Positions 18,055 through 25,697 of a stretch of DNA of 64,000 nt are shown in pieces. This stretch comes from a virus. The stretch is from the IMG/VR virus record IMGVR_UViG_3300043446_003193, positions 1-64,000 of that record; one strand, given 5' to 3'. Positions within the stretch are counted from its first letter, which is position 1; every line of letters starts with the position of its first letter. The notes beneath the pieces were generated by a model. That model saw only the letters and a list, made by a program, of their open reading frames with translations, had not been told where the DNA came from and made no database searches. A program made the position numbers and the translations under genes.

Positions 18055-18401
18055 TTTTGTTTTTCTATTTCATCATGTATTTCCATGTGACAATTACAAC
18101 ATACTAAAATACATTTATCTAATTCTTTTTTCATTTTTTCCCAACTTATACTAGGTCTTGATAAAGAATATTCTTTTTCACTTGGTTCTAAATGATGGAA
18201 TGCTAATGCTCTATTACATTTATCATATCCACATTTTTCACATTTACCACCTTTGTATTCAATCGCTTTGATTTTCATTTTATCTCTACGATTAGATACT
18301 GAAATAGATGCACATTTTTTACATCTATACGCACCATCTACTCTTAATACAAATTCAGTTTTTCCATGTGTTTTACATTCTTTAATTTCTGTCTTATTCA
18401 T
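18045..18401 (-). CDS. HNH endonuclease (Cys-rich, CCNCH)
   Basis: Multiple CxxC pairs and the HNH signature LVCCNCHMEIH; embedded in the tRNA array, 3' end overlapping tRNA-Asn by about 7 nt. Confidence 0.65.
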   Translation of the reverse strand: MNKTEIKECKTHGKTEFVLRVDGAYRCKKCASISVSNRRDKMKIKAIEYKGGKCEKCGYDKCNRALAFHHLEPSEKEYSLSRPSISWEKMKKELDKCILVCCNCHMEIHDEIEKQKLS

Positions 18402-18461
18402 AATATTCTTTATTATAAATATATTTGATTAACATTTTAAGTTAATCATTTATAGTTTTTG

Positions 18462-18542
18462 TGGGAGCAGAAGGACTTGAACCTACGAACTCAATGAGGG
18501 CGGATTTACAGTCCGCTGCAATTGCCACTATGCGATGCTCCC
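18462..18542 (-). tRNA. tRNA-Tyr(GTA), class II
   Basis: rc: GGGAGCATCGCATAGTGGCAATTGCAGCGGACTGTAAATCCGCCCTCATTGAGTTCGTAGGTTCAAGTCCTTCTGCTCCCA. Confidence 0.85.
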
Positions 18543-18974
18543 AAAACAAAAAACCCCAACTTAATTAAAAGTCAGGGTTTTCCATAAATTATTTAAAATA
18601 GACGTTCCTAACTTTACATACGAATACCACCCCAAATCTGATTCGGTGTACTACAAAGTGTATGTAATGTTAAGTTTTTCATTTTTATTTTTTTTTAAGT
18701 AATTCAATTTCAAAATACGCCATCCAAGTCATGCTCTGGTTATTATCAGCCTCATCAAATTACTTTGTACACAAGCAGAGTTTAGAGGGAGGCGGTAACT
18801 CTTTGTAGTGTACTGCTACTAATCCGGCAATCTTTTATCGTCTCTGATTGCATTTTTATTGTGAAAATCCTCCCTAAAACACTTATTACCAATTTTATTA
18901 TATCGTTCTATCTTTTAGGTCATTTAAACGAACCGACTGTTGAATAAGAAACAGCCAAAAGGTTGACCACGAAA

Positions 18975-19047
18975 GAGCGAATGTGGGAATTGAACCCTAT
19001 CTTCCACCCCGTTAAGAGTGGTGTGCTTCCGTTACACTATATTCACT
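18975..19047 (-). ncRNA. tRNA-like gene with probable 8 nt anticodon loop (CTTAACGG) and weak T-stem: candidate suppressor/frameshift tRNA or pseudogene
   Basis: rc: AGTGAATATAGTGTAACGGAAGCACACCACTCTTAACGGGGTGGAAGATAGGGTTCAATTCCCACATTCGCTC. Acceptor AGTGAAT/ATTCGCT pairs 7/7 (one G-U); D-arm paralogous to the Arg(ACG)/Gln tRNAs. Confidence 0.4.
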
Positions 19048-19954
19048 TAAAATGAGTGAGATTACCTCATTGGGAGTACCAACTTTAGAAAGATTATTTG
19101 TTTCCTTTCCTATCCACTACCTTTTGAGTAGTACCGATACAATGTGGATGATTTGAGACTATCAGTCTTTGAGTTACGTCTTACTCTCTTTATACTCCGC
19201 TTCTTCAAATCTGCCGACCTGATTAAACCTTGCGGGTTTAGAAGTTTTTCCAAAGAATCACAGACCTCTTGCGGAGGTATCGTGGCAAGGAACAGCTCCC
19301 TACTATGTACACACCTTTCGTCCGTAACTGGCAAACACTTATGCTTTTATTTAAATTGAATAATCAAATCCGCATTTGATAAAAGGGTTGGTTTGTAGAT
19401 GGGTTCAGGTAGCGGTTTGCCAACCAGCTCCCTCAACTTTTGGCCGAGAGAATACTGAACTACCCGATGTGTTATCGTCAACACCATTTTTCAAGTCATC
19501 TTCATTAATAGGGATTGGTGTCCCACATTAAAGGTTAGTAACAACACCACTTGTACACCAACATACCTTACGTCCTTTCGGATAGCTTGGTTTTAAGACC
19601 ACTCTTAAATTGAATACCGCAATAGTGTAAAGTGATTAGCCTTACATTTCTTACAGGTATTCTATGGGTTATTCTTATTGTTCTTCCGAACTCAACCGAA
19701 GTATCTACTTACCCCGGTTATTCAAACTCTTCCGATATAGTGTTACCCTTTCGTACAAAGCTCAAATAATATCCCACTTGCATACTTAAGTTATTCTCTC
19801 CTTACGGGGAGAGTAACCGCAGATTGTGTAAACCTAACAATCCACTTTATCCTACTTTCGTAGTTTATTTGACGACCATATGCGGCCGTTGTTTACTATG
19901 TAGAAAAATCTACTATGTAAAATATTTTCAATCTTTTAAAGAACTATTCGTTTT

Positions 19955-19995
19955 AATAAATATAACAATAATTTTTTTTATTACCAAATATTTTT
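19955..19995 (-). promoter_or_regulatory. promoter (copy 1 of 4 in tandem): TTTG, 20 nt spacer, TATATTTA
   Basis: rc reads TTTGGTAATAAAAAAAATTATTGTTATATTTATT. Confidence 0.45.
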
Positions 19996-20060
19996 AAAAC
20001 TTTTTTTGTAAACTTGATAACGAGTATCTTTCATCACCTATTGTTTCTCATTTACTTATG

Positions 20061-20092
20061 TAATATACGATAATTTTTTTAAACTACCAAAT
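20061..20092 (-). promoter_or_regulatory. promoter (tandem copy 2)
   Basis: rc reads TTTGGTAGTTTAAAAAAATTATCGTATATTAC. Confidence 0.5.
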
Positions 20093-20202
20093 ATATTTTC
20101 AAAAAACTTTTAAGATGTTTGGTATCCGGCTTTCTTCCCTATTGGATAGGTCACTCAATCGGTTTTATTATTTGATGGCTTCAACCAATCATCTTAAATG
20201 TA

Positions 20203-20232
20203 AGATACGATAATTTTTTCAAACTACCAAAT
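20203..20232 (-). promoter_or_regulatory. promoter (tandem copy 3)
   Basis: rc reads TTTGGTAGTTTGAAAAAATTATCGTATCTTAC. Confidence 0.5.
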
Positions 20233-20313
20233 CTTTTTTATTTTTTTGTTGAACATTTTCGGCTGTGTTTACTTACACCATTTAATACTTCCTACTTCTG
20301 AACAACTTTGTAA

Positions 20314-20343
20314 AGATACGAAAACTTTTTCAAATTTCCAAAT
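20314..20343 (-). promoter_or_regulatory. promoter (tandem copy 4), immediately downstream of initiator tRNA
   Basis: rc reads TTTGGAAATTTGAAAAAGTTTTCGTATCTTT. Confidence 0.5.
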
Positions 20344-20350
20344 CTTTTTT

Positions 20351-20424
<74 letters not shown>

Positions 20425-20432
20425 ATATTATG

Positions 20433-20832
20433 TGGAGATGAGGGGATTTGAACCCCTGTCTTACAAAGAACTAATAATACCAGCATATCACACGTTTATT
20501 TCAGTTTCTACTGAAAAAATATTTAATTTAGTTAAAGTGAGTTTAAGGGTTCAAATTAAAAAATAACTCTTCATAACGGAGTCTCACTGTCCTATACTTT
20601 TAGGTGTATTAAACCTTTGTAGACACTTCTGTTACTAGGCGTATGTGTACCGGCCCTATTGTTGTGATTAGGCTGCTACAGCGTAATCAGCACCTACAAA
20701 CGCCATTAAATCGTTGTAAGTCATTGTTGACATTTCGTCATTTATTGTTTTGTACATAGTTTAAAGAGGTATAGTACATATCTCTACGTGTGGTACTACT
20801 ATTTGCATTGCAATCAATTCCATAGCATCCCC
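20433..20832 (-). ncRNA. ssrA: tmRNA (ssrA-like), about 400 nt; candidate tag ORF ...G-A-D-Y-A-V-A-A-stop
   Basis: 3' end rc AGACAGGGGTTCAAATCCCCTCATCTCCACA resembles the tmRNA 3' consensus GGACGGGGGTTCAAATCCCCCCGGCTCCACCA. A 5' GGGGATG about 400 nt upstream (rc of 20826..20832) pairs with 3' CATCTCC. Internal frame GGT GCT GAT TAC GCT GTA GCA GCC TAA encodes an ssrA-like tag. Promoter motif at 20881..20912 gives a ~35 nt leader. Confidence 0.6.
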
Positions 20833-20880
20833 ATTCAAAGAACTACACAATAATTATATATTTTTGTGATTTGAATATCA

Positions 20881-20912
20881 AATATACGACAAATATTCCA
20901 AATTACCAAATA
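20881..20912 (-). promoter_or_regulatory. promoter upstream of tmRNA: TTTG, spacer, TATATTTG
   Basis: rc reads TTTGGTAATTTGGAATATTTGTCGTATATTTGA. Confidence 0.5.
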
Positions 20913-20947
20913 ATTTTTAAAAAAAGTTATAAATAATTGAAAATCAA

Positions 20948-21379
20948 TCACTTATATATTAACTTAAATCCTAATGCTTTTGCTACTTTTTGTGATTTTA
21001 TGTTCCAATCATCTATTTCAATCTGTATTTTACCCCTTGTATGTTCCTTTATAACCAAATACAACAAATCTATAACTCCCAGTTTTCTTAAAGATGTAGG
21101 TTTTTTAGAAAATACATTATATAGGTAATATTCAGTATTACTATCTTCCCTTAACCAACAATAACAAAATGGATTTTCGTTTTTATATCCAACAAACATT
21201 TTTTCACCTTTTTGGATTCTATTCATAGCTTCTCCAACATCAAACATCCCATCCCAAACTATTTCTGAATTAAACAAATCTATACATTTTTGTATTTCGT
21301 TTTGATCAGTTGTTTCCTTTATTTGTATATCCGTTTTTCTATCAACCAATTCCGAATGATTTAATAAAAACTCTTTCAT
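20948..21379 (-). CDS. hypothetical protein (143 aa), possibly GNAT-like
   Basis: ORF track; weak resemblance only. Confidence 0.4.
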   Translation of the reverse strand: MKEFLLNHSELVDRKTDIQIKETTDQNEIQKCIDLFNSEIVWDGMFDVGEAMNRIQKGEKMFVGYKNENPFCYCWLREDSNTEYYLYNVFSKKPTSLRKLGVIDLLYLVIKEHTRGKIQIEIDDWNIKSQKVAKALGFKLIYK

Positions 21380-22110
21380 TATAAAAATGTTTTTACTGAT
21401 TTTGTAATATCAAACCTGTCGTAAATTTTATTGTATTTTTCAATAAAATTATCGGTTAGTTTTAAATTACATTCAAAGTGTTGACTTGAATTTATCTTTT
21501 CCAATTTAAAATCTATTCCCAATTTATCACTCACCCATTCTTCCATTTCGGACATCTTATTAAAATCAAACCATTTTATTTTAGGATTATGATTGTGATA
21601 TGCAGAATGTGGTAACAATAATACACCAAGTATTCTTTTCAAATAATCATTATCGGCTGTAAGTCCGAATCGGTTTATAAACTCCGTTACAGTTTTATCT
21701 ATTTCATCTCTATCATTAATACTATATACATCATTTGAATTATAAAATAAAATATCATTTTCATTCAATTCTTTCATAATATGGAAAGAATGTATATCAC
21801 CCGACATATACACTTCATCTAAACAATGTTTCCACATAGAAATAAATCTTTCATGTCTATTCCTGTTTACTGCAATTATATCATAGTTGTAACCAAATTT
21901 TTCTTCTAAAAATACTATGGATTCATGTCCATGCACTAACATATCGGCAATATCTTCATTATTTATATTTGGATCGTAAACAAATTCCTTATTATCCAAT
22001 CTAGGTGTTATATGGTTTATAGAAATTCCTCTTTTGATACAAGAAATTACAAATGATGTTGAAGCACATCGCGGTAAATTAATATAAATAAATTTATTAC
22101 CAACTAACAT
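21379..22110 (-). CDS. putative sulfotransferase-family protein
   Basis: N-terminal INLPRCASTSF resembles the PAPS-binding 5'-PSB loop of sulfotransferase families; moderate. Confidence 0.4.
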   Translation of the reverse strand: MLVGNKFIYINLPRCASTSFVISCIKRGISINHITPRLDNKEFVYDPNINNEDIADMLVHGHESIVFLEEKFGYNYDIIAVNRNRHERFISMWKHCLDEVYMSGDIHSFHIMKELNENDILFYNSNDVYSINDRDEIDKTVTEFINRFGLTADNDYLKRILGVLLLPHSAYHNHNPKIKWFDFNKMSEMEEWVSDKLGIDFKLEKINSSQHFECNLKLTDNFIEKYNKIYDRFDITKSVKTFL

Positions 22111-22218
22111 ATAACCTTTTTTTAACTATTAAGAATTTGCAGAAACTATCAAAGCTCCAATGTTTGCCATTGTTTGATTAATTAAATTCTTTTCATTTAT
22201 TTCTATCATAAAATAATT

Positions 22219-23742
22219 TTAACGAAGTGGACATTGTGGACCACATCCTGATTTACAAAGTCCTTCTGGTTCGCAACAATATGGGTATGATTTTGTGCAA
22301 GAGAAGCTTGAATAACAACTTCCATAATAACTATACGCACATCCAGGTAGGACGTTATGTTCAATTGCTACAAAAGAGGTACTATCTTCTGCAGAACCTC
22401 TGGTTAAAAATAAGTGTTCTCTTTCCACCGTTATTTCCCATCCACCAAAAAATTCTTGTACATTTTCTATACTTTGAACCTCTTTTTGAATAAAGGACGG
22501 AGTTTCGGAATTTGATGTGTCTAATAGGATAACACTATCACCCACTTTTAATCCCGTTTCTTCTGGTGATGGTGATTTAATTGTTAAAAATCTAACCTCT
22601 CCATTTTTAATACAAAGATATTTTGAATTTTCAGTATCTAACCAATCCGTACCATCTGTAAAAATTATCTTTGTAACATTACACCACATATCAACTCTTT
22701 CTTTATTCAAAACCGTGTTTGTTGAATATGTAGTACCCGCTTCTAACTCAGAAAAATTTATTTTATAATTTGCAAGTTCTACATCATTGTTTACTTCAAA
22801 TGGATTTGGTATATCAATCGTTTTAATAACATCACCCACTTCTAATTCTTGAGCAGTTTTTAAACTACCATCCCCCATTACCACATAATCACTATCCTGT
22901 AATTTAGGAATTTTTATGGAATCATCAGATGTTAGATATTTTCTTCTACCTTCAATCAATTCAAAAGTGGTTGGGTCATAAGTTGGAAGCGTTTCTAGGG
23001 AATCATTACAAAAAACCGTATAACCTCCTATTGATATTGATTCTAAATTTGGTGGAAATAATATATTTAGACTTCTTTTTAATTGTAAGTGTCCATTATA
23101 TAACTTATCTGGATTATACAAAAACTCCATTAAAAAATAATCTTCTGTTACATTTTGTAAAATAGTATCCAGTTCATCGCGAGTTGTTACTTTATAAAAT
23201 TTTGGATACTCCGCTTTGTTATAATCAGGGTATCTATATTTTAGAATAAAGTTTGGATGTCCACCATTATCATTGATATTTGTAATATTGTGTAATAGGA
23301 CACCAACTTGGTTTCTATAAGCAAATTGACACGCATATTCCTGATTTTGTATCAATTTCATATATCCAACCTTATCTCTACAATATTCATCATCCACCAC
23401 TGCACTCATATCATAAGCACTTCTAATGATTAGGATATCATCACTATCTTCAATGAAAGGGATTGTTGTAGCACCTAAATCAATACGAACAAATTCATAT
23501 TCTAATCCTAAATCATCGGTCAATATTCTAAGTTCATTATCTAAATAAGTAAAAGAACCGAGATATGTGATTTTATTAAAACACTTTTGAATGACAAATT
23601 CTTTCAAATCCGTTAAATCCAAAGAAGAATCGTTACTTTCTAATTTATATCTATGCCACCCAATACCAGTGTTGATTTCAATGGGTCTTAATCCTCCATC
23701 TTTATCGTACATAAAATCCGATCCAACTAATACGGTTCTCAT
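22219..23742 (-). CDS. multidomain protein: N-terminal alpha/beta domain, Hint-like segment, C-terminal 42 aa tail with 11 Cys
   Basis: Middle VVMGDGSLKTAQELEVGDVIKT resembles Hint/intein block A but lacks Cys1; C-terminus PGCAYSYYGSCYSSFSCTKSYPYCCEPEGLCKSGCGPQCPLR. Confidence 0.5.
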   Translation of the reverse strand: MRTVLVGSDFMYDKDGGLRPIEINTGIGWHRYKLESNDSSLDLTDLKEFVIQKCFNKITYLGSFTYLDNELRILTDDLGLEYEFVRIDLGATTIPFIEDSDDILIIRSAYDMSAVVDDEYCRDKVGYMKLIQNQEYACQFAYRNQVGVLLHNITNINDNGGHPNFILKYRYPDYNKAEYPKFYKVTTRDELDTILQNVTEDYFLMEFLYNPDKLYNGHLQLKRSLNILFPPNLESISIGGYTVFCNDSLETLPTYDPTTFELIEGRRKYLTSDDSIKIPKLQDSDYVVMGDGSLKTAQELEVGDVIKTIDIPNPFEVNNDVELANYKINFSELEAGTTYSTNTVLNKERVDMWCNVTKIIFTDGTDWLDTENSKYLCIKNGEVRFLTIKSPSPEETGLKVGDSVILLDTSNSETPSFIQKEVQSIENVQEFFGGWEITVEREHLFLTRGSAEDSTSFVAIEHNVLPGCAYSYYGSCYSSFSCTKSYPYCCEPEGLCKSGCGPQCPLR

Positions 23743-23743
23743 C

Positions 23744-24007
23744 TTATATTAAAGATTTTTTCTTTTTTAAATTAAGGAACTTTTCATCTACCGAATCCCA
23801 TTTACCTTTAGGACATGCACCCGTTACTGGTGAAAACACTTTTGCCTTTAGAGCACATCCACAAACGGTACACTTATTAAATGGTTTTGATTCTTTAAAC
23901 TCACAACCATTACAAATTTGGATTCTTTCAGATGCAAGTTCGGCTTGAGAATCATTAGGGTTAAATGAAATTCCCCAAGCAGTAAATATTTCTACTATCT
24001 TATTCAT
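23744..24007 (-). CDS. zinc-ribbon protein (87 aa)
   Basis: CNGC...CTVCGC...C pattern. Confidence 0.5.
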   Translation of the reverse strand: MNKIVEIFTAWGISFNPNDSQAELASERIQICNGCEFKESKPFNKCTVCGCALKAKVFSPVTGACPKGKWDSVDEKFLNLKKKKSLI

Positions 24008-24030
24008 ATTATATAACTATTTGTATTTAT

Positions 24031-24060
24031 AAATATACGGAAAATAATTAAGATTTCCAA
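24031..24060 (-). promoter_or_regulatory. promoter-like motif
   Basis: rc reads CATTGGAAATCTTAATTATTTTCCGTATATTT. Confidence 0.35.
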
Positions 24061-24569
24061 TGTTTATTAGGTCGTTCCCACCAAAAGGTCAAGTCCTCAT
24101 TCGTAGCATCATAATAATCACCTACAAAATCAGATTTAAAACGAGAGTGGATGTTTTCGTATAGAGCAAGTGTAATCAACTTCTTAGATGGTTCTAATCT
24201 TTTTCTAACCCAATCTATAATGTGTGAATAGTTTCCACCTCTAATCACCCCAGCTTCAACAAATATAATGGATTTAAATTGAAAGTATTTTGCATGTAAT
24301 TTAAAATTCTCATACATTTCATCCATATACTTTTTATTCCAAACTTCATCCGGATATGGAACTTCAATACCAAATCCATCACATACTTCACCATCCCACG
24401 ATAAATGGTGTCTTAACCACATACCCACATGGGCAGAATAATCGGTAGATACGGTAACTATAACCGAATTAGATGCATTGAAGCCGGCAGCCAATAATTC
24501 ATCCCCTAACTTATTTGTTAGTGATATCTCATTCTCAATCGTAATTAATTTTTCTGGAAGCACTATCAA
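24048..24569 (-). CDS. hypothetical protein (173 aa)
   Basis: ORF track; faint PRTase-like FVEAGVIRGG segment. Confidence 0.45.
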   Translation of the reverse strand: MIVLPEKLITIENEISLTNKLGDELLAAGFNASNSVIVTVSTDYSAHVGMWLRHHLSWDGEVCDGFGIEVPYPDEVWNKKYMDEMYENFKLHAKYFQFKSIIFVEAGVIRGGNYSHIIDWVRKRLEPSKKLITLALYENIHSRFKSDFVGDYYDATNEDLTFWWERPNKHWKS

Positions 24570-24604
24570 AAATTTTTAGGTTTACGACTATTTTACCCCA
24601 GCCC

Positions 24605-25240
24605 CTATTTAAATTTTAATCCTGTAAGTTTTTCTATATCCTCTCTCAAAACTTCATGCGATTTCAATCCTGATGGTTTGTCTGCCACATTATCAAATGA
24701 AAAGAAAAACCATTCACCTGTTTTTTTAATATGTACAACTTTCCAACACTCTTTTGGAACTGCTACTTTACCTATTCTTTTAATCTCACCAACATTCCCC
24801 GCCCAAATGTGAACTGAATCATCTTTGACTGCCCATTCTCTTGTTGCAGTTTCCAATGATTTCCAATCTCCTGCATTTAATGAATGATATTGAGCTGCCA
24901 TATTACTCATATAGAAACATTCAATTTGAACGTCTGCAGTTTGACATTGATTAGATGCCGCAGGAGACATATGTCCTCTATCAAATCCACTTCCTACATA
25001 ATCTGCTTTAATATCAGTTAATTCAACCGCTTGTGGGTCTGGTTGGAATGCATCTTTTCTTGGTAATGGATTTGGACAACCAACTTTTGCTTTGGTTTCC
25101 CACCACTCTACCATTACTGGATATCTTTTTGATTTACTGAAATGTGATGTGTAGTTTGTATGTTTTAATACTACGATGTCTTGAGAGAATGTAACTACAA
25201 ATAAAAATAACAATGTAGTCAATAACAATAATTTTTTCAT
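24605..25240 (-). CDS. secreted DNA/RNA non-specific endonuclease (NucA/Serratia nuclease family)
   Basis: Signal peptide MKKLLLLTTLLFLFVVTFSQ; active-site DRGHMSPAA motif. Confidence 0.7.
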   Translation of the reverse strand: MKKLLLLTTLLFLFVVTFSQDIVVLKHTNYTSHFSKSKRYPVMVEWWETKAKVGCPNPLPRKDAFQPDPQAVELTDIKADYVGSGFDRGHMSPAASNQCQTADVQIECFYMSNMAAQYHSLNAGDWKSLETATREWAVKDDSVHIWAGNVGEIKRIGKVAVPKECWKVVHIKKTGEWFFFSFDNVADKPSGLKSHEVLREDIEKLTGLKFK

Positions 25241-25244
25241 AAAT

Positions 25245-25661
25245 TTAGAAGATTATAATTACACCCAATAGGATTGCAATTTTGATTAATAATGATGTAT
25301 ATTCGGGTTTAATATGTATAATTTTTGCCACTTTTCTAATAAATAAATCAGTACCTGCTGTCATTCCAACCGATAACCAATCTCTTTTCAATACAATTTT
25401 ATTTACAAACAAATCAAATGCAGCCCAAAATAAAACTGCAAATATCATCATCCATTTAAAACCAAATCCAAAATATAAAAACCCATAAACGGTTAAGTGA
25501 TTTATACCTTTCCATTTGTGCCATCCTTTATTGTGTATATGATATGCTGTTTGTGGATCAGAATTAACTAAATCTCTTTCTAAGAATTGATGTTTTTGAT
25601 AAACTACCCAAGATATTAAATGAACAATCATCAATACAACTAAAGCAATGGATGTTAGCAT
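25245..25661 (-). CDS. polytopic membrane protein (138 aa)
   Basis: About 4 hydrophobic helices. Confidence 0.5.
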   Translation of the reverse strand: MLTSIALVVLMIVHLISWVVYQKHQFLERDLVNSDPQTAYHIHNKGWHKWKGINHLTVYGFLYFGFGFKWMMIFAVLFWAAFDLFVNKIVLKRDWLSVGMTAGTDLFIRKVAKIIHIKPEYTSLLIKIAILLGVIIIF

Positions 25662-25697
25662 GGTAATTAATTTAAGAATAAATATATCAAAATTATA

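Noticed and set aside
19110-19359. ORFs 19110..19334(-) and 19144..19359(+) in the noncoding region
   Set aside because: Mutually overlapping, no RBS/promoter context, GC-elevated region more consistent with structured RNA; kept as part of the ncRNA finding instead.
18543-19954. RNase P RNA, 6S, SRP RNA, or group I/II intron identity for the noncoding block
   Set aside because: Searched by eye for P4/CR-I to CR-V (AGTCCGGGC, GGTAAGAGCGCACC), intron domain V and SRP motifs in both orientations and found none; left as unidentified ncRNA candidate.
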